A stretch of 63,867 nucleotides of DNA, the filler included, from Pelomyxa schiedti (lineage: Eukaryota > Protista > Evosea), in the NCBI GenBank assembly GCA_020536535.1. It is 6 parts of 6 records of this genome, joined end to end, with 100 filler letters (N's around TTAATTAATTAA, not from the genome) between each part and the next. Parts side by side here need not be neighbours in the genome. Positions count along the whole stretch, not along the records: positions 38,428 to 56,707 come from JAHLWZ010000162.1; positions 56,808 to 60,519 come from JAHLWZ010001699.1; positions 60,620 to 62,739 come from JAHLWZ010002123.1; 3 more parts are not named here. One strand, written 5' to 3'. Both the position numbers and the translations under genes were made by a program. The stretch's first letter is position 1; each line of letters begins with the position of its first letter. The notes beneath the pieces were generated by a model. It saw nothing but the letters and a program-made list of their open reading frames with translations, was not told the DNA's origin and ran no database searches. This document shows, piece after piece, positions 47,628 through 62,839 of this stretch.

Positions 47628-49318
47628 TGCGATGACGGTGACGGTGTACGAACGAAGCGATCAGTGTTGTGGTTTAATATAAAAAGTGTGAATTAGATTC
47701 TCTTTGCGTAACCAGAGTGGGTAGTCTTGGATTCTGGTTTGACATCTTTCTCTGACACACGAACTCACGATTGAAAGCTTCCAATGGTGAGTTTTAAGAA
47801 TTACCGTTAATTCTTAGGATCCACAAAACGGAACAACCTGAGGCTTATGCCAGAACGAATTCACAGTGCTGCAACTGACCAAGGCCTTCACCCAAGGAAA
47901 AGAACCCATCCTTCCACTTTCACCAACTAACATTTTACTGCAGTAAAACCAAAAGTTGTTTTAAAACTGGTTGGAGAAAGGTGGACAAATTTCAGCTTGA
48001 AAGGTCCACTGGAGTTCCGTAAGAACGAGACTCTGTGTTTCTTTCCAACACAGATGTGGACTTCTTAGTATGAGTGAAAGAAAAGAGTGAAGTTGGTAAA
48101 AACCTGGTGTTCGTGGTGTGACCGAGTCAAATTGACGGGCTTGAGGTTCTCCAGGCACATGAGTGCACCGTTTTCACTGTAACAATGTTATATTGAATGA
48201 TGTGGTAGAAAAAAAAGCTTACAATTTGAGTAGTGAATGAGCTATACATTTTGCCTCAATTATATCCGGATCGTACATTCCAGTACTGCAGCGCCATGAT
48301 GAGGAGAATTACGGGACCCACCTTGAAAGAAGCCGTGATATTCAATTCGTTCTCCTAAAGATTCGATTAATGTTGACTGTGTGAACTGCAAATTATTACC
48401 TTGATGCACGCGAGCTTCCCACGCAAGCAGTAACAGTGCACCCCAACCGACGGGAACGCAGCACGCCCAGCACGCCACAACGCCGCCACGCCACGCCACC
48501 AAAGCCACCGCCTCCCAGAGGAGGAGGAGGCGCAGGAGGAGAGGTGAGGAGCCGTTGCGAAGAGCGAGGAGAATTGCGCACGACGGAGGAATCAAACCAA
48601 CCCCTAGGACGGTGCGACATGACGCGACGCCCACACGACTGCAGCGAGGCAGGCGAGGGGGAGACGAGACAGGGCGTAACGACCAGTGGGGGGCACCAAA
48701 CACCACACAGCAGCACGAATGAAGCCCATGAGACCAGGGTCAAAAGAGAACGGCACCGTCATCACCGCCACGACGACGGCGCAAGCGCCGGCGACGAGGG
48801 GGAGAGGAAGAGTCATTCCCAAAGCACCAGTTCACAAGGTCAATAAACGTGCGGCGCACCGTCAAAGGCGTGCGGACATGGCTAGATCTGCAGCTAGCAT
48901 CCGCAGTAGTGTTTTTTTAATAATGTGATATTTTATCGGTTTCTTCCGGTTTTGTAATTCGCAATTGGCTGGTGGGAAATCCACCGCAAATTTCCCAACT
49001 TTTTCAACCGCACCAGATAGCAGCAAAGATGGAGGTGAGTGAGGCGAGGCTTCCAGAGAGCCCACAAGACCAAAATTGATTGAGGCGGAATACCAACTGT
49101 AGTTGGAGGAAAAAGTAGTGCCTTGAGAGTGATACTTTCCTAGATTTGAACAAATCAAGTTGCTGGAAACGTGACACGAATGTCGGCGGGGTTGGGTGCT
49201 TGTCTCCAGTAGGGTTGTGTGCGATTCCATCAATTTCCTCTCTGTCTTAATCTTAAGATGACATCATCACTGTTTTTTTGCGCTCCTTTTCCGCCAGTTA
49301 GACTATACATAAGCAAAA

Positions 49319-51241
49319 ATGAGGCAGAAGAAGAAGCCCGCACAACAGCAGACCCCCGCTGCCTCCCCTTCCCCTTCCCCTTCCCCCTCGCCGGCCAAGC
49401 CCGCGCCCCAGCCCACGCCCGCGCGTGCGCCTCCCTCGCCCTCGCCGGAGCCCACACCCTCCTCCTCGTCCCCACACACACAGCGCCAACAGGGGCAACG
49501 ACAACCGGCGGCGGAAGTGGCGGCACCTGCCGCGCCAGCGACGTCGGCCGCCGCGGCGCTGCAAAAGCACGTGGCTAGGGCTAGGGCTAGCGCACCTCCT
49601 TGTGGTGCTGGTGCCCCCACATGCACGGGCACAAGCACAAGCAAGCCTGCTGCTCGGGCAACACCACCAACAGCCCCGGATGTACAGAAGAAAGACACCA
49701 CCCCCATGCTACCTAAGGTGACCGTAATTGTGGGACCCAAATCCAAGCCCACCCCTACTACTACTGCTACTAGTGCTGCCTTAGAATCGAAATCCGGCAT
49801 TGCTACCACCTCAAAGACAACTCCAACGCAGCAGGCACCTGCTGCTGCTGCAACTGAATCTTCCAACCTATCTCTACTGCAAGATAAGCTCAATGATGAT
49901 GTCACTACTAGAAAAGAGGAGGCACTGTGCACAAAACCCCCGCCTTCAAGGGGTGCCTGCGAGAATAATAGAGGAAGAAAAAGAGAGAGGGGTAGAACTA
50001 GTAGGAGTAGAAGTGTGAGGTTAAGTAGGAGTAGGAGTAGAAGTAGAAGCAGGAGTTGGAGCAGAAGTAAGAGCAGGTGTAGGTGTAGGGATAGGAGTAG
50101 GAGCTGGAGTAGGAGTCGGAGCAGAAGCGGAAGCTCCCAAAGTTGTAGAACCAGTGACTCCCAAGAACTAGCATCCGATGACGAGAGCCTCGAGAAATAT
50201 ATGAAGAATTCCAGATGCCAAGAAGCAAGGAGAAGGGTGAGCAAGACTGTCACCCTGATCAGAGAGCTTAGAAACCAACGAGACAGTGCTCGGCAGCAGG
50301 TCCAACAGCTGGAATCAAAGAGCAAGGATGAAACAATACGAAAACGCCTTCCTGATCCTGTGGACCCTGACAGTGTTGTCCAAGCACCTAAAAAACCTGT
50401 ATTCCCACCAATGTTAATAAACCCTCTCAAACTAATGATGTTCCAATAACAACAGAGAACCACGTCTGGGAATAGCAGTACAATGCAATCCGAGGTATTA
50501 TCATCCTCTACCATGCATTACTTCAGAAAGTAAAAAAAGTTGTTAACACCACTAAAACAACCTCCACAGAGAAGTAAAACAATTCCACAATTACCGGATC
50601 ATAAAGATATGGGAAAGATTGAGGACACCCCAAAAGTTCATGACCCAGTCAAGGGAATGGAAGTATGTACTTGGAGAAAATTGAGATTTGCCATCTAATG
50701 CGTTTTAAGACAGTCTCTGCTGAGGCAGTGGACCGACCAAAGGTAATTTCCACCAAAGGTCTGTCTCTCATTCATTTATCTTCATTAGACAACAGACTCC
50801 GGACTGAAATTCCTGTCACAGAAACAAGGAAAGTTGACAATACTAGAAGTGTGTCTCCCCCACAGTCTATATGAAGGATCCGAGCAATGGCCCGACGAGC
50901 CCTTCTACTTTGAGTGTAACAGAGTTGATAATAGTTCCCGGTTCAATATATTTTTACAAGTGGACCCTTACAAACAGAGTTATGACTACAAGGTATTTCT
51001 GTGCTGCTTACTACTTTCCTATCAAGTTAAAACCAAAAACCGCACATAGGTGCAAGCAAATGATGAGGAGACACACCAACATTTCGTCATAAAGCCCACC
51101 AGGATACACACTAGGCGATGTATCTGGTCCCGCTCCAACTCTCAACACAAGTCAAAGTGGCAGTTTGTACTCACACCCAACGAACATGGTAAAGCCCCGG
51201 AATCAACAACAGGAACATCAACCAACACATCGTCATCATGA
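49319..51241 (+). CDS. Pro/Ala-rich, RS-repeat, coiled-coil hypothetical protein, haplotype A
   Basis: 376-aa first ORF with an RSRS tract and coiled coil; downstream spliced exons end at 51241. Confidence 0.65.
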
Positions 51242-51469
51242 CGCACTCCAAGAAACCACAATGGATAGATTAGAAGCAATTACTTTGTGCTGTGCCCAAC
51301 CTTACAAATGCCGTGCCACTCTCCAGAATAACAGAATAATAATAGGAATAGCACACAGAAAAAAAAAAGACAATTTTCTTCCAGCAAGTATTTGGCATTG
51401 TTTACAATGTATTGGCAGGAATGGGAACCACCTTGGATCCCAAGGGGTCTGTTCCTGGTGTGCTCACTT

Positions 51470-51713
51470 TCAGAGGTCACCAGTATTGGTGAAAAGAAAG
51501 GCGTTGATAGAATCAAGCTGTTTGGAGAGGTCATCCAGCATGGAAAAGGTCTGGCAAGGTGATTGATTTGGGTTGTTGCATAAATGGGGTGAACATACTG
51601 TGATGCGGGCACTGTATTCAGAGGGTATGGACTGTACAAGTCCGTTGGAGAGTTGGTCCAAATCTTCAATTTGATTTTGCATAGAGGTGTAGAGACCTTC
51701 TAAATCGGCGCGG
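51470..51713 (-). CDS. 3' end of a coiled-coil gene, haplotype A
   Basis: ADLEGLYTSMQNQIEDLDQLSNGL...LDDLSKQLDSINAFLF; runs into the gap. Confidence 0.5.
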
Positions 51714-51813
51714 NNNNNNNNNNNNNNNNNNNNNNNNNNNNNNNNNNNNNNNNNNNNNNNNNNNNNNNNNNNNNNNNNNNNNNNNNNNNNNNNNNNNNNN
51801 NNNNNNNNNNNNN

Positions 51814-53916
<2,103 letters not shown>

Positions 53917-54567
53917 TGCGATGACGGTGACGGTGACGGTGTACGAACGAAGCGATCGGGGTTGTGATTTAATATAAAAAGTGTGAATTAGATTCTATGT
54001 GCGAAACCAGAGACTTGGAAGCTTGCGAATTCTGATTTGACGTCTTTCCTCTGACACACAAGGCTGCTGAAAACCAAGAAAAACCAACTGGTTCGTCTTG
54101 GTGAAGATTGGTTGGCTGTGGAATACTTGGAGTGATGCAGTTTACTTTGAATAGAGTTGAGATTGTGATACCGTCTGATACACACCAGTTGTTGATGGTG
54201 GGACAAGTGATCCTCAATCCATTTGTGGAGAATTTGAGGGAGGCAAAGGATGGTCATTCGGAAATTGCGTGAGTGTCACAACAGATAGCAGATATATGCA
54301 CCGGTGGTGAGAGGCTTCCTGTGAGCCTTCAAGAGCGTAAGCAATTGAGGCGGGATACCAACTGGGGGGTAGGAGAAAGGAGCAGGAAGGGTTTGAGTGA
54401 TGGGCACCTTTCCTTGATTTATAACAAATCGAGTTTTTGCTGTCGGTGCCGGGGTTGGGTGCTTATCAGCAGTAGGGTTGTGTGGAATTCCTTCAATTTC
54501 CATTCCTCTCTGCCTGCCCTTAGAAGATGACATCATCACTGTTTTTTGCGCCTACACAAAAGCAAAA

Positions 54568-56255
54568 ATGATGCAGAAGAAGAAGCCCGCACAGCCCACG
54601 CCCGCTGCCTCCCCTTCCCCCTCCCCCTCGCCCTCGCCCGCACCATCCTCGTCGTCGCCACACACACAGTGCCAGCAGGGGCAACAACAACAACAACCGG
54701 TGGCGGCGGAAGTGACGGCACCTGCCGCGCCAGCGACGAACACTTCCGCGTCGACGCCGGCCGCCGCGGCGCTGCAAGGGCACGTGGCTAGGGCTAGGGC
54801 TAGCACACCTCCTTGTGGTGCTGGTGCCCCCACATGCACGGGCACAAGCACCAAGCCCGCTGCTGCAACTGAATCTTGCAACCCATCTCTACTGCAAGAT
54901 AAGCTCAATGATGATGCCACTACTAGAAAAGAGGAGGCACTGTGCACAAAACCCCCGCCTTTGATGGGTTCCGGCGAGAATAATAGAGGAAGAAAAGGAG
55001 AGAGGGGTAGAATTAGGAGGAGTAGGAGTAGAAGTAGAAGCAGGAGTTGGAGCAGAAGTAAGAGCAGGTGTAGGTGTAGGTGCAGAAGCCGGAGCTCCCA
55101 AAGTTGTAGAACCAGTGACTCCCAAGAACTAGCATCCGATGACGAGAGCCTCGAGAAATACATCAAGAATTCCAGATGCCAAGAAGCAAGGAGAAGGGTG
55201 AGCAAGACCGTCACTCTGATCAGAGAGCTTAGAAACCAACGAGACAGTGCTCGGCAGCAGGTCCAACAGCTGGAATCAAAGAGTGCTGCCTATACATGTG
55301 ACAAGGCCAAGGATGAAGCAATGCGAAAACGCCTTCCTGATCCAGTGGCTCCTGACGGTGTTGTCCAAGCACCTAAAAAACCTGTATTCCCTCCAATGTT
55401 AATAAACCCTCTCAAACTAATGATGTTCCAATAACAACAGCGAACCACGTCTGGAAGTAGCAGTACACTGCATACAGATCATCATGGCACTCAACCTCTG
55501 CAATCCGAGGTATTATCATCCTCTATCATGTATTACTTCAGAAAGTAAAAAAGTTGTTAACACTACTAAAAAAAACTCCACAGATAAGTAAAACAATTCC
55601 ACAATTGCCGGATCATAAAGATATGGGAAAGAATCATGAAGACACCCCAAAAGGTCATGACCCAGTCAATGGAAAGGAAGTATGTACTTGGAGAAAATTG
55701 AGATTTGTCATCTAATGCGTTTTAAGACAGTCTCCGCTGAGGCAGTGGACCGACCAAAGGTAATTTCCACCAAAGGTCTCTCATTCATTTATCTTCATTA
55801 GACAACAGACTCAGGACTGAAATTCCTGTCACAGAAACAAGGAAAGTTGACAATACTAGAAGTGTGTCTCCCCCACAGTCTATATGAAGGATCCGAGCAA
55901 TGGCCCGACGAGCCCTTCTACTTTGAGTGTAACAGAGTTGATAATAGTTCCCGGTTCAATATATTTTTACAAGTGGACCCTTACAAACAGAGTTATGACT
56001 ACAAGGTATTTTCTGTGCTACTTACTACTTTCCTATCAAGTTAAAACCAAAAACACACGCACATAGGTGCAAGCAAATGATGAGGAGACACACCAACATT
56101 TCGTCATAAAGCCCACCAGGATACACACTAGGCGATGTATATGGTCCCGCTCCAACTCTCAACACAAGTCAAAGTGGCAGTTTGTACTCACACCCAACGA
56201 ACATGGTAAAGCCCCGGAATCAACAACAGGAACATCAACCACATCGTCATCATGA
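54568..56255 (+). CDS. RS-repeat coiled-coil protein, haplotype B
   Basis: Colinear with 49319-51241, with large in-frame indels. Confidence 0.65.
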
Positions 56256-56461
56256 CGCACTCCAAGAAGCCACAATTGCTTTGTGCTGTGCCCAACCTTA
56301 CAAATGCCGTTCCACGGCACTCTACAGAATAACAGAATCATAGCACACACACAAAAAAGACAATTTTTTCTTCCAGCAAGTATTTGGCATTGTTTACAAT
56401 GTATTGGCAGGAATGGGAACCACCTTGGATCCCAAGGGTTTGTTCCTGGTGTGGCTCACTT

Positions 56462-56707
56462 TCATAGGTCACCAGTATTGGCGATAAGAAAGGCGTTGAT
56501 AGAATCAAGCTGTTTGGAGAGGTCATCCAGCATAGAAAAGGTCTGGCAAGGTGATTGATTTGGGTTGTTGCATAAATGGGGTGATTACATACTGTGATGC
56601 GGGCACTGTATTCAGAGGGTATGGACTGTACAAGTCCGTTGGAGAGTTGGTCCAAATCTTCAATTTGATTTTGCATAGAGGTGTAGAGACCTTCTAAATC
56701 GGCGCGG
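56462..56707 (-). CDS. 3' end of a coiled-coil gene, haplotype B
   Basis: Matches 51470-51713. Confidence 0.5.
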
Positions 56708-56838
56708 NNNNNNNNNNNNNNNNNNNNNNNNNNNNNNNNNNNNNNNNNNNNTTAATTAATTAANNNNNNNNNNNNNNNNNNNNNNNNNNNNNNNNNNNNN
56801 NNNNNNNGGAGGATTGAAGTACAAACAACTAACTAATA

Positions 56839-59800
56839 TCAACACACAAGGCACCCGGCAGCAGATTGTCTTCGTCTTCCTTTGGGTAAGAACATCTGCA
56901 TTAAGCAATGCCGAAGGAATTCCCTCACGCACTGTGTAAACAATTCAACAACCTGTGTGTTTGAGTAATTAAACCGTCACATAAAGTTTAAAGTACATGA
57001 TATCTATTTGGTACACTCGTTTCAAAGAACGCGATGTTGTGCTTCTTTGCCACAGCACACCCTTGGGCCACTGTTACTTGCCGGTGTGCATTAAGGTCAC
57101 ACTGTAATAATATTTTCAAAAATAAGAATTGCAATTCCAATAGGGGGGAAGAAGTTACCTTCGTTCCGGTAAGTATTACTGCCGGTGCGTCATCTTCCCA
57201 GCTGCATGAATCCTTGGCTCTTGGGTAAAATTATTCTTGAGGAAGTGGGTGCTAGTGTACTTGAGAATGAAGTCCAGATAAAACTTGGTTATTGCATCAA
57301 ATGATGCTCGGTTTGTGGTGTCATAGAGTAAAAGAACCGCAAGAGCTAAAAGAATTAGGTGCGAAAAGAATATTTGCGGGGTTTTACCTTGTCTAACAGG
57401 TTCTGCCGGGATTTGTGATCTGTGGGAATCAGTACAACTGGCAAGAGGGTAAATAGAGTATTACCCGGTTTGCTCAATATCACGAATATCTAGAAAGTAC
57501 TGCGAGCCATCAACTGTTACCACTTTTGTATAATCTTATTTATGTAAGTGAGAACTTGAAGTGATGAAAAAAAAAAAGATACGCGTTTTCAGTGAACTTT
57601 CCTTTGAACATATAGAAAATGTGCTGAGGAATACCTTATGAGAAAAGGCAGTGGATAAGAGGTAACAACCTTTCTGTGTCATCATTGGCGTAATCCTTGT
57701 GAAATTGTCAAATTTTGGGGATATCCAAGGAATAGAACCTTTATAAAGTGGGAAATCAGAGTTGTCTTTCCAACATGACTTTCACCTGAGATTGACTTTG
57801 GATTTATAACAATAATAGTAACAGTACAAACCAATTACAACAACCTGTGCGCCTGTTAGTGTAATAGATTGAGGTGAAAAAGAGAAACCGAGAGCGGCTC
57901 TCTTGGTGGCATATTGTATTCCGTTTGGTATTCAGTGGCAGCAAATAGTGGATCCGGTAGCCACAATGCCACCTGGGTTTCCTGGAAGGATTCAGTGCCA
58001 ATTGAAATGGCAATTATCCTGAAGTACCTTGACTAATACTGCATACTGGGCCCGCATGCATTGTGACTTATCATGTGGGTGAATTCCAAAGTCACGTACA
58101 ATTAATCTTTCCCACAGATAATCAGTTCCACAATTCAGAAAAAGAAATTTGTCAACTTGCAGTAATTTTGCCAGTGAAATAGCGGGGAGGAACTAATTGT
58201 AATTGAGATTGGGTCAGTGTAGGGGCATTGAGACAAACCAGGAATATTCTGCCCCGGATTTCTTCCGACAATGATGAAAAAGGATTCACGGAAGCTCCGC
58301 CAGTAGGGGAGATGTTGACTCCACCCAAGGGTATAAATATTTCCAAGGCCAGTTGATCGCTTACAGACAAGGAATAAAGTGTCTGGGTGCTTGTAGTGCG
58401 AGTTAGATCGACAAAAATGTTGGCTGTAGTTGAAGGTGTGGGGTTTGAGGCAGAGTAGTGATGATGAGCCGGGGGTGGTGTGATGTTTATTGAGGAGCGG
58501 GAAGAATCTATGGCTCCTCCCGCCATAATTAGGGACCCTCGATGCATAACTGTAACGTGGTGATATCTGGCTCTATATAGTGTTACTCAATATGATTTCT
58601 AGCGCATTCACTTTTCATACTTTGGAGAATCACCATGTTGGTTCACTCTGAACCACTGTGAGTTACTCCATGCCCAAACATCGTCGAGATTGTGTGATTT
58701 AGAACGGCCACCACACAATACTAGAAAGTCCCCCATCACTGTCATTGTGTGTCCCCTACACACCAGGTAAGAGGTGATTCTGATTGAAAAAGAATTGTGT
58801 GCTTACTTTCTTGGGGCCATCAATGAAGGAACTCGGAGTGATGACCAGGACAGGGTGTGCAACCTGAGGCAATGCATGTCTGAAAGGGAATTCACACCAT
58901 TGAAACCTCCATGAACAAACATTCGTTTGCCAAGGACTTCCATCGCATGATGGCCTCTGGTACAAAAATTATGCCAATGCCAATATTGGGTAGTTACAGT
59001 GAAGAAACCTTGGCGATGGTGGTGTCCCATAAAGTAAAGGAGACATCCAGACCAGAGTATCTAACGAGAGAATCCACAGATCCTGCATTGGATCGGAGGT
59101 CCCAAAGCCACCAAAAACAAACATTTTCCCATGCCATACTACAGCTTTGTGACCCCTACTTTGACATTAGTGTACCCAAATATTGTAAAGGAATAGAAAC
59201 CATCTCTTTGGGGGATACGGTTGAGTGGTGTCAATCTCTACTCTGCTCCAACGATTTCTGCTTCATGTTAGCCATCCATAACTGGTATTACATTCGTACC
59301 GGGAGAATTTGAACGTGTATAAATCGTTTTGGGGTCCGTTTTTAGTCATGCCTCCGAACAGAATCATTGTTCCATTGTGCACTACACAGGTATGACTGTG
59401 TCTTGCTAAAGGTTGACTACCGGTTGTCTCTACTAGATTCCACAAAAGAACTTCTCTAAATTCATTTAAATGAGGGTAAAGGAGAAGTATTGAATACTCA
59501 CTGTGGAGGAGTTGTCCTCAAGCATAATAAATCGTTCAAAAACCTTCCCTGTGCCGACTGACCTCCGAAAAGATATATACATCCCCCATATGATACACCT
59601 GAATGTCCATGCCTCCCACCTCCTGGCATGTTCAGTCCAACTCGCGTAACCTGTGTGTATGATGCCCAATACAAATCCAACTTTTCATTGGAAAATAAAC
59701 AAGAGCACATTAACGCAGTGTTAGAAAACCAGGGGAAAAAGAGAGAGAGAGCAGATATACATGGTTTGTGGGATCAGTTGTAGTAGCTGTAACAGATGTA

Positions 59801-60519
59801 TCAGTTTCATCCCTCTCAGGGTGCCTGATTGTTGTTGCACCTTTCGTATCATCCAGGCCACTATTACCGCTTGTACTAGTAGTTGTTGTAGTTGTTGTAG
59901 TAGGTGACGTTGTTGGTGCATTAGATGGAGGAGAATGTAGTAGTGTAGTATTAACTACTGATGCCGATACACTAGCCGCAACCCGGTGGTGATGCAGCGC
60001 GCTACTGGCCGTGGTCGGTGGCGATGGCGACGACCGCGATGTCACGTTGTTGTTGCTGCTGCTGCTGCTTGTGTTTGTGTTGTTGTTGTTTACTGTGCTA
60101 GTGCTACTGCTATTATTGTGAGTGGTGGTGGTACTGTTGCTATTTCCGGTGAATACGGTGTTGCTGATAATGATGGCGGAGCCGGAGCTGGACAGGGCGG
60201 GCAGGAGGGGCGGCGGCGGCCCAGGGGGCGGCGGGATGTACTCGTGGTCGCTGCTCCGCGGTATAACCATCGACGACGCCCGCCTATGGAACACCACAAC
60301 CCCCCGCGGCGACGGCGACGCCCCGCCGCACCGAGGCGACGTAATGCCGCCCCCGCCGCCGCTACCACCACCACCACCACCACCGCTCGAGGGGGAGGGA
60401 GAGGAGGGGCTCAGGCCCCCCCCGCCGCACCTCGGGGAGGCGCTGATGGCCACCACGGCGGTGGAGCGGGGGCTGGCCGAGGGGGTGCAGGTGAGGACCC
60501 GCGGGGAGGTGCTTACCGT
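56839..60519 (-). CDS. Kelch repeats + F-box-like + Ras-like GTPase + CaaX fusion (5' partial)
   Basis: Kelch GRHGHS..IYLFGG, ARHSHT..MILFGG, RGHHA..MFVHGG; F-box-like PFSSLSEEIRGRIF...LWERL; GTPase VVIGESHVGKT, TKCDL, FFETS; C-terminus GCLVC. Confidence 0.8.
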
Positions 60520-60619
60520 NNNNNNNNNNNNNNNNNNNNNNNNNNNNNNNNNNNNNNNNNNNNTTAATTAATTAANNNNNNNNNNNNNNNNNNNNNNNNN
60601 NNNNNNNNNNNNNNNNNNN

Positions 60620-61333
60620 AATCGATGACTCTCAGTATCTGTGTGGGGCGGTGGGTGAGTTATTTGGTACGGAAATCCAGGGTACATACATCAATAAGCA
60701 GCGGAGATAGACATTGTGTTCTGATATCTGCCCACTGCAGCTTTGGCGGTGTGCCTTCCGATTCTTGATCCGGTGCTGTTGAGTGTGTTACCTCTGTATG
60801 TGGATCACAACAGCCTCTCTTTAGGTGCCGATATAGGACCTCAATGGCACATTCCCTGACCGGGCCGTGCTGCTGCCAGCCCAGAGGTGTCAAATGTCCT
60901 TGGCACCATGCGCACATATAGGGCATGTCAAGCTGCATGGGGATCATAATGTTAGCCCTTAGCCTTAGCGCTTTATCAATCAAACTCGGTTCAGCAGAAT
61001 CATGCTGGTGTGGAGCGTGGTGTTTTGCAAGCCTCTTTTTGTGTTTGGTCATGTGCCATTTCAAGTGCTGGCACATTCCGTTAACTGCAACTCTCCTTGA
61101 AGTGTAGTCTGAAATCCACCCCAGCTTTTTAAATTTCTTGCATAGTGGGCATCTGTACCGTGCATCACCCTCCATTGGTACAATTGATTTGGCCCTTCTC
61201 AGTACATTCTCTCCTTTTTTTTTACACCACGGGGTAAGGGCACAGGAAACAAACAAAGCAAGACCCGTACAACTGTTTCACTCACAAAGATAACAACGTA
61301 ATCTTTTTAGTGCGTAACGGTACCCTCTCGCAT
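60620..61333 (-). CDS. Atypical double zinc-finger protein, paralogue 2 (3' partial)
   Basis: RAKSIVPME..YRCPLC...HLKWH and LRANIMIP..PYMCAWC...LYRHLKRGC. Confidence 0.65.
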
Positions 61334-61490
61334 CAAATCACACATCGGATATTGATTTTTTTCTTTTTTTAAAAAAAAAAGGGTTGTTTTTATTTTCCAA
61401 GAAAAACTCCTTGATGGACCATTGGTCTGGTCAATCACACACGGATAGAATTCTTTTTACAATGGGAATGTGTGGTGCTAGAGGGCGGAG

Positions 61491-62639
61491 TCACTGTGCG
61501 CGGTTTGGTAGCGGCACTTCGGATTGTTCTTGTGGATCAGTGGAAGTGTTGATTGGTGTGGTCTGTATTGTTGGAATTGGTGCAGGTGTGGGTGTGGTTG
61601 TATTCGTGATTATAGTTGTGGTTGTGGTTGTGGATGAAGATGTGACTGGGGCTGGGGGTGCGACTACGGTTGGGATAGTGATTGGTGGTGGGGGTAGATT
61701 GATTGGCAATTCGACCGCTTCATTATGAGCGGGTACTAGTGGTGCGTTATTCACAGCAATGCACTTGGTATCAATTTGTGACTACATAAGGGCTAAGTAA
61801 ACCCAAGTCAAGAAATCGAGTACATACAGCACCAATCAAAGAGGGAGTGTTCTCATCGCTCGCTTCCACTGGATGGGATTCCTTGATTGGAGAAGCACCA
61901 CGCCCGGTCCTACGCTGCGGTGCTCGAGTTATATCTCCTTCAGTCTCGGTCTCGGTCTCAGTATCTGTGTCTGCATTGACATCTGCATCAGCATCTAATG
62001 CGTGACCTCTTCCGTTTTGCGGCCATCCAAGCGGTTCCAGATTACCGCAGCACTGTGTACACGTATATGGAACCTCTGCTTGGTCAGGGATCATGAGGTT
62101 GGCTCTGAGCCTTGCCGCTTTTTCATTCAGGATTGGTGCATCCATCTCCAACCCTGTTGGTGTTGCGTGTGGTGGGGATTTACGGGAGATACGCTTATGC
62201 CACTGTGGTTGCCGTTTGCGCTTGCATTTGCCTTTGGTTTTTGGGCCAGGCTTGAGCTGACTTTTGTGCAGACCATCATTGTTGTCGCTGTGTAACTGAA
62301 AGTGCTTGTACATTGAAGTAAGCGCAGTTTTCCTCGTTTTGTAGTGTGCCCATCCATCAGGCATGTCATAGTTTGGGCAAAGTGGGCACGTGTAAGCTTC
62401 GTAGTTTTCCATTGGTACAACTGATTTAGCTCTCTGCCATAAAGTCATCCCTACTTTAAAAATGACCCCCGTTAGTGCATATGAAGGACAGGGGAGACGC
62501 AAAAGAAAAAAGAAAAAAAAAAGTGGAAGAAGCTGGCGGAAGCAACGACGGCAAAACTTCGAGAAGAAAACAGACACAAAATGAAGACAAATCTGCGACC
62601 TCCACCCAAGTGCGTACCTTCTTTTTGAGTATCAGCCAT
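61491..62639 (-). CDS. Atypical zinc-finger protein, paralogue 1
   Basis: RAKSVVPME..YTCPLC...HFQLH and LRANLMIP..PYTCTQC; Thr/Pro-rich last exon stops at 61491. Confidence 0.65.
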
Positions 62640-62839
62640 GTCGAATTATCGTAGCTTCTGTCTTTCTTCCTTCGTGCTCTTGTGCTTGTGGGTCTTTCCT
62701 ATGCTGCAACGCGATGTGTGCAATGACACCGTCTTCTCGNNNNNNNNNNNNNNNNNNNNNNNNNNNNNNNNNNNNNNNNNNNNTTAATTAATTAANNNNN
62801 NNNNNNNNNNNNNNNNNNNNNNNNNNNNNNNNNNNNNNN

